DNA from: Eledone cirrhosa
Taxonomy: Eukaryota
Reading direction: 5' to 3'
Assembly (NCBI GenBank): GCA_964016885.1
Contig: CAXHJY010000856.1
Location: 62,001 to 126,000, forward strand
DNA: 64,000 bases
Notes under the pieces: model-generated
What the model saw: only the letters and a program-made list of their open reading frames with translations
Databases searched by the model: none
What the model was told of the DNA's origin: nothing
Shown here: positions 15,001 to 30,000 of the stretch, piece after piece
Numbering within the stretch: the stretch's first letter is position 1
How the letters are laid out: each line of letters opens with the position of its first letter
Program-made: the position numbers and the translations under genes

Positions 15001-18000
15001 GAGGTAGTGTGCGAGTTATTGGGAGGTAGTGGGTGAGATATTGGGATGTAGTGGGTGTAGTATTGGGAGGTAGTGGGTGTAGTATTGGGAGGTAGTGGGT
15101 GTTATATTGGGAGGTAGTGGGTGAGATATTGGGAGGTAGTGGGTGAGATATTGGGAGGTAGTGGGTGAGATATTGGGAAGTAGTGGGTGAGATATTGGGA
15201 GGTAGTGTGTGAGATATTGGGAGGTAGTGTGTGAGATACTGGGAGGTAGTGTGTGAGATATTGGGAGGTAGTGTGTGAGATATTGGGAAGTAGTGTGTGA
15301 GATATTGGGAGGTAGTGTGTGAGATATTGGGAGGTAGTGTGTGAGATATTGGGAGGTAGTGTGTGAGATATTGGGAGGTAGTGTGTCAGATATTGGGAGG
15401 TAGTGTGTGAGATACTGGGTGGTAGTGTGTGAGATACTGGGAGGTAGTGTGTGAGATACTGGGAGGTAGTGTGTGAGATACTGGGAGGTAGTGTGTGAGG
15501 TACTGGGAGGTAGTGTGCGAGGTACTGGGAGGTAGTGTGCGAGATATTGGGAGGTAGTGTGTGAGATATTGGGAGGTAGTGTGTGTGAGATATTGGGAGG
15601 TAGTGTGTGAGATATTGGGAGGCAGTGTGTGAGATATTGGGAGGTAGTGTGCGAGATATTGGGAGGTAGTGTGTGAGATACTGGGAGGTAGTGTGTGAGA
15701 TATTGGGAGGTAGTGTGTGAGATATTGGGAGGTAGTGTGTTTGTGAGATATTGGGAGGTAGTGTGTGAGATATTGGGAGGTAGTGTGAGATATTGGGAGG
15801 TAGTGGGTGTGATATTAGGAGGTAGGCGAGATATTGGGAGGTAGTGTGCGAGTTATTGGGAGGTAGTGTGCGACATATTGGGAGGTAGTGGGTGAGATAT
15901 TGGGAGGTAGTGGGTGAGATATTGGGATGTAGTGGGTGTAGTATTGGGAGGTAGTGGGTGTAGTATTGGGAGGTAGTGGGTGAGATATTGGGAGGTAGTG
16001 GGTGAGATATTGGGAGGTAGTGGGTGAGATATTGGGAGGTAGTGGGTGAGATTTTGGGAGGTAGTGGGTGAGATATTGGGAAGTAGTGGGTGAGATACTG
16101 GGAGGTAGTGTGTGAGATACTGGGAGGTAGTGTGTGAGATATTGGGAGGTAGTGTGTGAGATATCGGGAAGTAGTGTGTGAGATATTGGGAAGTAGTGTG
16201 TGAGATATTGGGAAGTAGTGTGTGAGATATTGGGAGGTAGTGTGTGAGATATTGGGAGGTAGTGTGTGAGATATTGGGAGGTAGTGGGTGAGATATTGGG
16301 AGGTAGTGTGTGAAATATTGGGAAGTGGTGTGTGAGATATTGGGAGGTAGTGTGTGTGAGATATTGGGAGGTAGTGGGTGAGATATTGGGAGGTAGTGGG
16401 TGAGATATTGGGAGGTAGTGGGTGAGATATTGGGAGGTAGTGTGTGAGATACTGGGAGGTAGTGTGTGAGATACTGGGAGGTAGTGTGTGAGATACTAGG
16501 AGGTAGTGTGTGAGGTACTGGCAGGTAGTGTGTGAGATATTGGGAGGTAGTGTGTGAGATGTTAGGAGGTAGTGTGTGAGATATTGGGAGGTAGTGTGAG
16601 ATATTGGGAGGTAGTGGGCGTGATATTGGGAGGTAGTAGGCGAGATATTGGGAGGTAGTGTGCGAGATATTGGGAGGTTGTGTGCGAGATATTGGGAGGT
16701 AGTGTGTGAGATATTGGGAGGTAGTGTGTGAGATATTGGGAGGTAGTGTGTGAGATATTGGGAGGTAGTGTGTGAGATATTGGGAGGTAGTGTATGAGAT
16801 ATTGGGAGGTAGTGTGTGAGATATTGGGAAGTAGTGTGTGAGATATTGGGAGGTAGTGTGTGTGAGATATTGGGAGGTAGTGTGTGAGATACTGGGAGGT
16901 AGTGTGTGAGGTACTGGGAGGTAGTGAGTGACATATTGGGAGGTAGTGTGTGTGAGATATTGGGAGGTAGTGTGTGAGATATTGGGAGGTAGTGTGTGTG
17001 TGAGATATTGGGAGGTAGTGTGTGAGATATTGGGAGGTAGTGTGTGTGTGAGATATTGGGAGGTAGTGTGTTAGATATTGGGAGGTAGTGGGTATGATAT
17101 TAGGAGGTAGTAGGCGAGATATTGGGAGGTAGTGTGTGAGTTATTGGGAGGTAGTGTGTGAGTTATTGGGAGGTAGTGTGCGACATATTGGGAGGTAGTG
17201 GGTGTAGTATTGGGAGGTAGTGGGTGTTATATTGGGAGGTAGTGTGTGAAATATTGGGAAGTGGTGTGTGAGATATTGGGAGGTAGTGTGAGATATTGGG
17301 AAGTGGTGTGTGAGATATTGGGAAGTAGTGTGTGTGAGATATTGGGAAGTAGTGTGTGTGAGATATTGGGAGGTAGTGTGTGAGATATTGGGAGGTAGTG
17401 TGTGAGATATTGGGAGGTAGTGTGTGAGATATTGGGAGGTAGTGTGTGAGATACTGGGAGGTAGTGTGTGAGATACTGGGAGGTAGTGTGTGAGATACTG
17501 GGAGGTAGTGTGTGAGGTACTGGGAGGTAGTGTGTGAGATATTGGGAGGTAGTGTGTGAGAGATACTGGGAGGTAGTGTGTGAGATATTGGGAGGTAGTG
17601 TGCGAGATATTGGGAGGTAGTGTGTGAAGTATTGGGAGGTAGTGTGTGAGATATTGGGAGGTAGTGGGTGTGATATTGGGAGGTAGTGGGTGAGATATTG
17701 GGAGGTAGTGGGTGAGATATTGGGAAGTAGTGGGTGAGATATTGGGAGGTAGTGTGTGAGATATTGGGAAGTAGTGTGTGAGATATTGATAGGTAGTGTG
17801 TGAGATATTGGGAGGTAGTGTGTATGTGAGATATTGGGAGGTAGTGTGTGAAGTATTGGGAGGTAGTGTGTGAGATATTGGGAGGTAGTGTGTGAGATAT
17901 TGGGAGGTAGTGTGTGAGATATTGGGAAGTAGTGTGTGAGATATTGGGAAGTAGTGTGTGAGATATTGGGAAGTAGTGTGTGAGATATTGGGAAGTAGTG

Positions 18001-21000
18001 TGTGAGATATTGGGAGGTAGTGTGTGAGATATTGGGAGGTAGTGTGTGAGATATTGGGAAGTAGTGTGTGTGTGAGATATTGGGAGGTAGTGTGTGAGAT
18101 ATTGGGAGGTAGTGGGTGTGATATTAGGAGGTAGTGTGTGTGTGAGATATTGGGAGGTAGTGTGTGAGATATTGGGAGGTAGTGGGTGTGATATTAGGAG
18201 GTAGTAGGCGAGATATTGGGAGGTAGTGTGTGAGTTATTGAGAGGTAGTGTGCGACATATTGGGAGGTAGTGGGTGTAGTATTGGGAGGTAGTGGGTGTT
18301 ATATTGGGAGGTAGTGTGTGAAATATTGGGAAGTGGTGTGTGAGATATTGGGAAGTAGTGTGTGTGAGATATTGGGAGGTAGTGTGTGAGATATTGGGAG
18401 GTAGTGTGTGAGATATTGGGAGGTAGTGTGTGAGATATTGGGAGGTAGTGTGTGAGATACTGGGAGGTAGTGTGTGAGATACTGGGAGGTAGTGTGTGAG
18501 GTACTGGGAGGTAGTGTGTGAGATATTGGGAGGTAGTGTGTGAGAGATACTGGGAGGTAGTGTGTGAGATATTGGGAGGTAGTGTGCGAGATATTGGGAG
18601 GTAGTGTGTGAAGTATTGGGAGGTAGTGTGTGAGATATTGGGAGGTAGTGGGTGTGATATTGGGAGGTAGTGGGTGAGATATTGGGAGGTAGTGGGTGAG
18701 ATATTGGGAAGTAGTGGGTGAGATATTGGGAGGTAGTGTGTGAGATATTGGGAGGTAGTGTGTGAGATATTGGGAAGTAGTGTGTGAGATATTGATAGGT
18801 AGTGTGTGAGATATTGGGAGGTAGTGTGTGAAGTATTGGGAGGTAGTGTGTGAGATATTGGGAGGTAGTGTGTGAGATATTGGGAGGTAGTGTGTGAGAT
18901 ATTGGGAGGTAGTGTGTGAGATACTGGGAGGTAGTGTTTGAGATACTGGGAGGTAGTGTGTGAGATACTGGGAGGTAGTGTGTGAGATATTGGGAGCTAG
19001 TGTGTGAGATATTGGGAGGTAGTGTGTGAGATATTGGGAAGTAGTGTGTGAGATATTGATAGGTAGTGTGTGAGATATTGGGAGGTAGTGTGTATGTGAG
19101 ATATTGGGAGGTAGTGTGTGAGATATTGGGAGGTAGTGGGTGTGATATTAGGAGGTAGTAGGCGAGATATTGGGAGGTAGTGTGCGAGTTATTAGGAGGT
19201 AGTGGGTGAGATATTGGGATGTAGTGGGTGTAGTATTGGGAGGTAGTGGGTGTAGTATTGGGAGGTAGTGGGTGTTATATTGGGAGGTAGTGGGTGAGAT
19301 ATTGGGAGGTAGTGGGTGAGATATTGGGAGGTAGTGGGTGAGATATTGGGAGGTAGTGGGTGAGATATTGGGAGGTAGTGGGTGAGATATTGGGAGGTAG
19401 TGGGTGAGATATTGGGAAGTAGTGGGTGAGATATTGGGAGGTAGTGTGTGAGATATTGGGAGGTAGTGTGTGAGATATTGGGAGGTAGTGTGTGAGATAC
19501 TGGGAGGTAGTGTGTGAGATATTGGGAAGTAGTGTGTGAGATATTGGGAGGTAGTGTGTGAGATATTGGGAGGTAGTGTGTGAGATATTGGGAGGTAGTG
19601 TGTGAGATATTGGGAGGTAGTGTGTGAGATATTGGGACGTAGTGTGTGAGATATTGGGAGGTAGTGTGTGAGATATTGGGAGGTAGTGTGTGAGATACTG
19701 GGAGGTAGTGTGTGAGATACTGGGAGGTAGTGTGCGAGATATTGGGAGGTAGTGTGTGAGATATTGGGAGGTAGTGTGTGTGAGATATTGGGAGGTAGTG
19801 TGTGAGATATTGGGAGGTAGTGTGTGTGAGATATTGGGAGGTAGTGTGCGAGATATTGGGAGGTAGTGTGTGAGATACTGGGAGGTAGTGTGTGAGATAT
19901 TGGGAGGTAGTGTGTGAGATATTGGGAGGTAGTGTGTGAGATATTGGGAGGTAGTGTGTGTGTGAGATATTGGGAGGTAGTGTGTGAGATATTGGGAGGT
20001 AGTGTGAGATATTGGGAGGTAGTGGGGGTGATATTAGGAGGTAGTAGGCGAGATATTGGGAGGTAGTGTGCGAGTTATGGGGAGGTAGTGTGCGACATAT
20101 TGGGAGGTAGTGGGTGAGATATTGGGAGGTAGTGGGTGAGATATTGGGAGGTAGTGGGTGAGATATTGGGATGTAGTGGGTGTAGTATTGGGAGGTAGTG
20201 GGTGTAGTATTGGGAGGTAGTGGGTGAGATATTGGGAGGTAGTGGGTGAGATATTGGGAGGTAGTGGGTGAGATATTGGGAGGTAGTGGGTGAGATTTTG
20301 GGAGGTAGTGGGTGAGATATTGGGAAGTAGTGTGTGAGATATTGGGAGGTAGTGTGTGAGATATTGGGAGGTAGTGTGTGAGATATTGGGAGGTAGTGGG
20401 TGAGATATTGGGAGGTAGTGTGTGAAATATTGGGAAGTGGTGTGTAAGATATTGGGAGGTAGTGTGTGTGAGATATTGGGAGGAGGTGGGTGAGATATTG
20501 GGAGGTAGTGGGTGAGATATTGGGAGGTAGTGTGTGAGATACTGGGAGGTAGTGTGTGAGATACTAGGAGGTAGTGTGTGAGGTACTGGGAGGTAGTGTG
20601 TGAGATATTGGGAGGTAGTGTGTGAGATATTAGGAGGTAGTGTGTGAGATATTGGGAGGTAGTGTGTGAGATATTGGGAGGTAGTGGGTGTGTTATTAGG
20701 AGGTAGTGTGTGTGTGAGATATTGGGAGGTAGTGTGTGAGATATTGGGAGGTAGTGGGTGTGATATTAGGAGGTAGTAGGCGAGATATTGGGAGGTAGTG
20801 TGTGAGTTATTGAGAGGTAGTGTGCGACATATTGGGAGGTAGTGGGTGTAGTATTGGGAGGTAGTGGGTGTTATATTGGGAGGTAGTGTGTGAAATATTG
20901 GGAAGTGGTGTGTGAGATATTGGGAGGTAGTGTGAGATATTGGGAAGTGGTGTGTGAGATATTGGGAAGTAGTGTGTGTGAGATATTGGGAGGTAGTGTG

Positions 21001-24000
21001 TGAGATATTGGGAGGTAGTGTGTGAGATATTGGGAGGTAGTGTGTGAGATATTGGGAGGTAGTGTGTGAGATACTGGGAGGTAGTGTGTGAGATACTGGG
21101 AGGTAGTGTGTGAGGTACTGGGAGGTAGTGTGTGAGATATTGGGAGGTAGTGTGTGAGAGATACTGGGAGGTAGTGTGTGAGATATTGGGAGGTAGTGTG
21201 CGAGATATTGGGAGGTAGTGTGTGAAGTATTGGGAGGTAGTGTGTGAGATATTGGGAGGTAGTGGGTGTGATATTGGGAGGTAGTGGGTGAGATATTGGG
21301 AGGTAGTGGGTGAGATATTGGGAAGTAGTGGGTGAGATATTGGGAGGTAGTGTGTGAGATATTGGGAGGTAGTGTGTGAGATATTGGGAAGTAGTGTGTG
21401 AGATATTGATAGGTAGTGTGTGAGATATTGGGAGGTAGTGTGTGAAGTATTGGGAGGTAGTGTGTGAGATATTGGGAGGTAGTGGGTGTGATATTGGGAG
21501 GTAGTGGGTGAGATATTGGGAGGTAGTGGGTGAGATATTGGGAAGTAGTGGGTGAGATATTGGGAGGTAGTGTGTGAGATATTGGGAGGTAGTGTGTGAG
21601 ATATTGGGAGGTAGTGTGTGAGATACTGGGAGGTAGTGTGTGAGATATTGGGAGCTAGAGTGTGAGATATTGGGAGGTAGTGTGTGAGATATTGGGAGGT
21701 AGTGTGTGAGATATTGGGAAGTAGTGTGTGAGATATTGGGAAGTAGTGTGTGAGATATTGGGAAGTAGTGTGTGAGATATTTGGAGGTAGTGTGTGAGAT
21801 ATTGGGAGGTAGTGTGTGAGATATTGGGAGGTAGTGTGTGAGATATTGGGAGGTAGTGTGTGAGATATTGGGAAGTAGTGTGTGAGATATTGATAGGTAG
21901 TGTGTGAGATATTGGGAGGTAGTGTGTATGTGAGATATTGGGAGGTAGTGTGTGAGATATTGGGAGGTAGTGGGTGTGATATTAGGAGGTAGTAGGCGAG
22001 ATATTGGGAGGTAGTGTGCGAGTTATTAGGAGGTAGTGGGTGAGATATTGGGATGTAGTGGGTGTAGTATTGGGAGGTAGTGGGTGTAGTATTGGGAGGT
22101 AGTGGGTGTTATATTGGGAGGTAGTGGGTGAGATATTGGGAGGTAGTGGGTGAGATATTGGGAGGTAGTGGGTGAGATATTGGGAGGTAGTGGGTGAGAT
22201 ATTGGGAGGTAGTGGGTGAGATATTGGGAGGTAGTGGGTGAGATATTGGGAAGTAGTGGGTGAGATATTGGGAGGTAGTGGGTGAGATATTGGGAGGTAG
22301 TGTGTGAGATATTGGGAGGTAGTGTGTGAGATACTGGGAGGTAGTGTGTGAGATATTGGGAAGTAGTGTGTGAGATATTGGGAGGTAGTGTGTGAGATAT
22401 TGGGAGGTAGTGTGTGAGATATTGGGAGGTAGTGTGTGAGATATTGGGAGGTAGTGTGTGAGATATTGGGACGTAGTGTGTGAGATATTGGGAGGTAGTG
22501 TGTGAGATATTGGGAGGTAGTGTGTGAGATACTGGGAGGTAGTGTGTGAGATACTGGGTGGTAGTGTGTGAGATACTGGGAGGTAGTGTGTGAGATACTG
22601 GGAGGTAGCGTGTGAGATACTGGGAGGTAGTGTGTGTGAGATATTGGGAGGTAGTGTGTGAGATATTGGGAGGTAGTGTGTGTGAGATATTGGGAGGTAG
22701 TGTGTGAGATATTGGGAGGTAGTGTGTGTGAGATATTGGGAGGTAGTGTGTGAGATATTGGGAGGTAGTGTGTGTGAGATATTGGGAGGTAGTGTGTGAG
22801 ATATTGGGAGGTAGTGTGTGTGAGATATTGGGAGGTAGTGTGCGAGATATTGGGAGGTAGTGTGTGAGATACTGGGAGGTAGTGTGTGAGATATTGGGAG
22901 GTAGTGTGTGAGATATTGGGAGGTAGTGTGTGAGATATTGGGAGGTAGTGTGTGTGTGAGATATTGGGAGGTAGTGTGTGTGTGAGATATTGGGAGGTAG
23001 TGTGTGAGATATTGGGAGGTAGTGTGAGATATTGGGAGGTAGTGGGGGTGATATTAGGAGGTAGTAGGCGAGATATTGGGAGGTAGTGTGCGAGTTATTG
23101 GGAGGTAGTGTGCGACATATTGGGAGGTAGTGGGTGAGATATTGGGAGGTAGTGGGTGAGATATTGGGATGTAGTGGGTGTAGTATTGGGAGGTAGTGGG
23201 TGTAGTATTGGGAGGTAGTGGGTGAGATATTGGGAGGTAGTGGGTGAGATATTGGGAGGTAGTGGGTGAGATATTGGGAGGTAGTGGGTGAGATTTTGGG
23301 AGGTAGTGGGTGAGATATTGGGAAGTAGTGGGTGAGATACTGGGAGGTAGTGTGTGAGATATTGGGAGGTAGTGTGTGAGATATCGGGAAGTAGTGTGTG
23401 AGATATTGGGAAGTAGTGTGTGAGATATTGGGAGGTAGTGTGTGAGATATTGGGAGGTAGTGTGTGAGATATTGGGAGGTAGTGGGTGAGATATTGGGAG
23501 GTAGTGTGTGAAATATTGGGAAGTGGTGTGTAAGATATTGGGAGGTAGTGTGTGTGAGATATTGGGAGGTAGTGGGTGAGATATTGGGAGGTAGTGGGTG
23601 AGATATTGGGAGGTAGTGTGTGAGATACTGGGAGGTAGTGTGTGAGATACTAGGAGGTAGTGTGTGAGGTACTGGGAGGTAGTGTGTGAGATATTGGGAG
23701 GTAGTGTGTGAGATATTAGGAGGTAGTGTGTGAGATATTGGGAGGTAGTGTGTGAGATATTGGGAGGTAGTGTGTGTGTGAGATATTGGGAGGTAGTGGG
23801 TGTGATATTAGGAGGTAGTAGGCGAGATATTGGGAGGTAGTGTGCGAGATATTGGGAGGTTGTGTGCGAGATATTGGGAGGTAGTGTGTGAGATATTGGG
23901 AGGTAGTGTGTGAGATATTGGGAGGTAGTGTGTGAGATATTGGGAGGTAGTGTGTGAGATATTGGGAGGTAGTGTATGAGATATTGGGAGGTAGTGTGTG

Positions 24001-27000
24001 AGATATTGGGAAGTAGTGTGTGAGATATTGGGAGGTAGTGTGTGTGAGATATTGGGAGGTAGTGTGTGTGAGATATTGGCAGGTAGTGTGTGTGATATTA
24101 TGAGGTAGTAGGTGAGATATTGGGAGGTAGTGGGTGTAGTATTGGGAGGTAGTGGGTGTAGTATTGTGAGGTAGTGTGTGAGATATTGGGAGGTAGTGTG
24201 TGAGATATTGGGAAGTAGTGTGTGAGATATTGGGAAGTAGTGTGTGAGATATTGGGAGGTAGTGTGTGAGATATTGGGAGGTATTGGGTGTGATATTGGG
24301 AGGTAGTGTGAGATATTGGGAGGTAGTGGGTGTAGTATTGGGTGGTAGTGGGTGAGATATTGGGAGGTAGTGGGAGAAATATTGGGAGGTAGTGGGCGAG
24401 ATATTGGTAGGTAGTGTGTGAGATATTGAGAGGTAGTGTGCGAGATATTGGGAGGTAGTTTGCGAGATATTGGGAGGTAGTATGCGAGATATTGGGAGGT
24501 AGTGGGTGTAGTATTGGGAGGTAGTGGGTGTAGTATTGGGTGGTAGTGGGTGTAGTATTGGGAGGTAGTGGGTGTAGTATTGGGAGGTAGTGGGTGAGAT
24601 ATTGGGAGGTAGTGGGTGAGATATTGGGAGGTAGTGTGTGAGATACTGGGAGGTAGTGTGTGAGGTACTGGGAGGTAGTGAGTGACATATTGGGAGGTAG
24701 TGTGTGTGAGATATTGGGAGGTAGTGTGTGAGATATTGGGAGGTAGTGTGTGTGTGAGATATTGGGAGGTAGTGTGTGAGATATTGGGAGGTAGTGGGTG
24801 TGATATTAGGAGGTAGTAGGCGAGATATTGGGAGGTAGTGTGTGAGTTATTGGGAGGTAGTGTGCGACATATTGGGAGGTAGTGTGTGAGATACTGGGAG
24901 GTAGTGTGTGAGATATTGGGAGGTAGTGTGTGAGATATTGGGAGGTAGTGTGTGAGATATTGGGAGGTAGTGTGTGTGTGAGATATTGGGAGGTAGTGTG
25001 TGAGATATTGGGAGGTAGTGTGAGATATTGGGAGGTAGTGGGGGTGATATTAGGAGGTAGTAGGCGAGATATTGGGAGGTAGTGTGCGAGTTATTGGGAG
25101 GTAGTGTGCGACATATTGGGAGGTAGTGGGTGAGATATTGGGAGGTAGTGGGTGAGATATTGGGATGTAGTGGGTGTAGTATTGGGAGGTAGTGGGTGTA
25201 GTATTGGGAGGTAGTGGGTGAGATATTGGGAGGTAGTGGGTGAGATATTGGGAGGTAGTGGGTGAGATATTGGGAGGTAGTGGGTGAGATTTTGGGAGGT
25301 AGTGGGTGAGATATTGGGAAGTAGTGGGTGAGATACTGGGAGGTAGTGTGTGAGATACTGGGAGGTAGTGTGTGAGATATTGGGAGGTAGTGTGTGAGAT
25401 ATCGGGAAGTAGTGTGTGAGATATTGGGAAGTAGTGTGTGAGATATTGGGAGGTAGTGTGTGAGATATTGGGAGGTAGTGTGTGAGATATTGGGAGGTAG
25501 TGGGTGAGATATTGGGAGGTAGTGTGTGAAATATTGGGAAGTGGTGTGTAAGATATTGGGAGGTAGTGTGTGTGAGATATTGGGAGGTAGTGGGTGAGAT
25601 ATTGGGAGGTAGTGGGTGAGATATTGGGAGGTAGTGTGTGAGATACTGGGAGGTAGTGTGTGAGATACTAGGAGGTAGTGTGTGAGGTACTGGGAGGTAG
25701 TGTGTGAGATATTGGGAGGTAGTGTGTGAGATATTAGGAGGTAGTGTGTGAGATATTGGGAGGTAGTGTGTGAGATATTGGGAGGTAGTGGGTGTGATAT
25801 TAGGAGGTAGTGTGTGTGTGAGATATTGGGAGGTAGTGTGTGAGATATTGGGAGGTAGTGGGTGTGATATTAGGAGGTAGTAGGCGAGATATTGGGAGGT
25901 AGTGTGTGAGTTATTGAGAGGTAGTGTGCGACATATTGGGAGGTAGTGGGTGTAGTATTGGGAGGTAGTGGGTGTTATATTGGGAGGTAGTGTGTGAAAT
26001 ATTGGGAATTGGTGTGTGAGATATTGGGAGGTAGTGTGAGATATTGGGAAGTGGTGTGTGAGATATTGGGAAGTAGTGTGTGTGAGATATTGGGAGGTAG
26101 TGTGTGAGATATTGGGAGGTAGTGTGTGAGATATTGGGAGGTAGTGTGTGAGATATTGGGAGGTAGTGGGTGTGATATTGGGAGGTAGTGGGTGAGATAT
26201 TGGGAGGTAGTGGGTGAGATATTGGGAAGTAGTGGGTGAGATATTGGGAGGTAGTGTGTGAGATATTGGGAGGTAGTGTGTGAGATATTGGGAGGTAGTG
26301 TGTGAGATATTGGGAGGTAGTGTGTGAGATATTGGGAGGTAGTGGGTGAGATATTGGGAAGTAGTGGGTGAGATATTGGGAGGTAGTGTGTGAGATATTG
26401 GGAGGTAGTGTGTGAGATATTGGGAGGTAGTGTGTGAGATACTGGGAGGTAGTGTGTGAGATATTGGGAAGTAGTGTGTGAGATATTGGGAGGTAGTGTG
26501 TGAGATATTGGGAGGTAGTGTGTGAGATATTGGGAGGTAGTGTGTGAGATATTGGGAGGTAGTGTGTGAGATATTGGGACGTAGTGTGTGAGATATTGGG
26601 AGGTAGTGTGTGAGATATTGGGAGGTAGTGTGTGAGATACTGGGAGGTAGTGTGTGAGATACTGGGTGGTAGTGTGTGAGATACTGGGAGGTAGTGTGTG
26701 AGATACTGGGAGGTAGCGTGTGAGATACTGGGAGGTAGTGTGTGAGGTACTGGGAGGTAGTGTGCGAGATATTGGGAGGTAGTGTGTGAGATATTGGGAG
26801 GTAGTGTGTGAGATATTAGGAGGTAGTGTGTGAGATATTGGGAGGTAGTGTGTGAGATATTGGGAGGTAGTGGGTGTGATATTAGGAGGTAGTAGGCGAG
26901 ATATTGGGAGGTAGTGTGCGAGATATTGGGAGGTTGTGTGCGAGATATTGGGAGGTAGTGTGTGAGATATTGGGAGGTAGTGTGTGAGATATTGGGAGGT

Positions 27001-30000
27001 AGTGTGTGAGATATTGGGAGGTAGTGTGTGAGATATTGGGAGGTAGTGTGTGAGATATTGGGAGGTAGTGTATGAGATATTGGGAGGTAGTGTGTGAGAT
27101 ATTGGGAAGTAGTGTGTGAGATATTGGGAGGTAGTGTGTGTGAGATATTGGGAGGTAGTGTGTGTGAGATATTGGCAGGTAGTGTGTGTGATATTATGAG
27201 GTAGTAGGTGAGATATTGGGAGGTAGTGGGTGTAGTATTGGGAGGTAGTGGGTGTAGTATTGTGAGGTAGTGTGTGAGATATTGGGAGGTAGTGTGTGAG
27301 ATATTGGGAGGTAGTGTGTGAGATATTGGGAGGTAGTGTGTGATATATTGGGAGGTAGTGTGTGAGATATTGGGGGGTAGTGGGTGTGATAGTAGGAGGT
27401 AGTAGGCGAGATATTGGGAGGTAGTGTGTGAGTTATTGAGAGATAGTGTGCGACATATTGGGAGGTAGTGGGTGTAGTATTGGGAAGTAGTGGGTGTTAT
27501 ATTGGGAGGTAGTGTGTGAAATATTGGGAAGTGGTGTGTGAGATATTGGGAGGTAGTGTGAGATATTGGGAAGTGGTGTGTGAGATATTGGGAAGTAGTG
27601 TGTGTGAGATATTGGGAGGTAGTGTGTGAGATATTGGGAGGTAGTGTGTGAGATATTGGGAGGTAGTGTGTGAGATATTGGGAGGTAGTGTGTGAGATAC
27701 TGGGAGGTAGTGTGTGAGATACTGGGAGGTAGTGTGTGAGGTACTGGGAGGTAGTGTGTGAGATATTGGGAGGTAGTGTGTGAGAGATACTGGGAGGTAG
27801 TGTGTGAGATATTGGGAGGTAGTGTGCGAGATATTGGGAGGTAGTGTGTGAAGTATTGGGAGGTAGTGTGTGAGATATTGGGAGGTAGTGGGTGTGATAT
27901 TGGGAGGTAGTGGGTGAGATATTGGGAGGTAGTGAGTGAGATATTGGGAAGTAGTGGGTGAGATATTGGGAGGTAGTGTGTGAGATATTGGGAGGTAGTG
28001 TGTGAGATATTGGGAAGTAGTGTGTGAGATATTGATAGGTAGTGTGTGAGATATTGGGAGGTAGTGTGTATGTGAGATATTGGGAGGTAGTGTGTCAAGT
28101 ATTGGGAGGTAGTGTGTGAGATATTGGGAGGTAGTGTGTGAGATATTGGGAGGTAGTGTGTGAGATATTGGGAGGTAGTGTGTGAGATACTGGGAGGTAG
28201 TGTGTGAGATACTGGGAGGTAGTGTGTGAGATACTGGGAGGTAGTGTGTGAGATATTGGGAGCTAGTGTGTGAGATATTGGGAGGTAGTGTGTGAGATAT
28301 TGGGAAGTAGTGTGTCAGATATTGGGAAGTAGTGTGTGAGATATTGGGAAGTAGTGTGTGAGATATTGGGAGGTAGTGTGTGAGATATTGGGAGGTAGTG
28401 TGTGAGATATTGGGAGGTAGTGTGTGAGATATTGGGAGGTAGTGTGTGAGATATTGGGAGGTAGTGTGTGAGATATTGGGAAGTAGTGTGTGAGATATTG
28501 ATAGGTAGTGTGTGAGATATTGGGAGGTAGTGTGTATGTGAGATATTGGGAGGTAGTGTGTGAGATATTGGGAGGTAGTGGGTGTGATATTAGGAGGTAG
28601 TAGGCGAGATATTGGGAGGTAGTGTGCGAGTTATTAGGAGGTAGTGGGTGAGATATTGGGATGTAGTGGGTGTAGTATTGGGAGGTAGTGGGTGTTATAT
28701 TGGGAGGTAGTGGGTGAGATATTGGGAGGTAGTGGGTGAGATATTGGGAGGTAGTGGGTGAGATATTGGGAGGTAGTGGGTGAGATATTGGGAGGTAGTG
28801 TGTGAGATATTGGGAGGTAGTGTGTGAGATATTGGGAGGTAGTGTGTGAGATACTGGGAGGTAGTGTGTGAGATATTGGGAGGTAGTGTGTGAGATACTG
28901 GGAGGTAGTGTGTGAGATACTGGGAGGTAGTGTGTGAGGTACTGGGAGGTAGTGTGCGAGATATTGGGAGGTAGTGTGTGAGATATTGGGAGGTAGTGTG
29001 TGAGATATTGGGAGGTAGTGTGTGAGATATTGGGAGGTAGTGTGTGAGATATTGGGAGGTAGTGTGTGAGATACTGGGAGGTAGTGTGTGAGATACTGGG
29101 AGGTAGTGTGTGAGATATTGGGAGGTAGTGTGTGAGATACTGGGAGGTAGTGTGTGAGATATTGGGAGGTAGTGTGTGAGATATTGGGAGGTAGTGTGTG
29201 AGATATTGGGAGGTAGTGTGTGAGATATTGGGAGGTAGTGTGTGAGATATTGGGAGGTAGTGTGTGAGATACTGGGAGGTAGTGTGTGAGATACTGGGTG
29301 GTAGTGTGTGAGATACTGGGAGGTAGTGTGTGAGATACTGGGAGGTAGTGTGTGAGGTACTGGGAGGTAGTGTGTGTGAGATATTGGGAGGTAGTGTGTG
29401 AGATATTGGGAGGTAGTGTGTGAGATATTGGGAGGTAGTGTGTGTGAGATATTGGGAGGTAGTGTGTGAGATATTGGGAGGTAGTGTGTGTGAGATATTG
29501 GGAGGTAGTGTGCGAGATATTGGGAAGTAGTGTGTGAGATACTGGGAGGTAGTGTGTGAGATATTGGGAGGTAGTGTGTGAGATATTGGGAAGTAGTGTG
29601 TCAGATATTGGGAAGTAGTGTGTGAGATATTGGGAAGTAGTGTGTGAGATATTGGGAGGTAGTGTGTGAGATATTGGGAGGTAGTGTGTGAGATATTGGG
29701 AGGTAGTGTGTGAGATATTGGGAGGTAGTGTGTGAGATATTGGGAGGTAGTGTGTGAGATATTGGGAAGTAGTGTGTGAGATATTGATAGGTAGTGTGTG
29801 AGATATTGGGAGGTAGTGTGTATGTGAGATATTGGGAGGTAGTGTGTGAGATATTGGGAGGTAGTGGGTGTGATATTAGGAGGTAGTAGGCGAGATATTG
29901 GGAGGTAGTGTGCGAGTTATTAGGAGGTAGTGGGTGAGATATTGGGATGTAGTGGGTGTAGTATTGGGAGGTAGTGGGTGTAGTATTGGGAGGTAGTGGG

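Noticed and set aside
24101-24122. A let-7 miRNA gene
   Set aside because: There is no complementary star arm, because the + strand lacks C and cannot form a pre-miRNA hairpin, and the 3' half differs from let-7.
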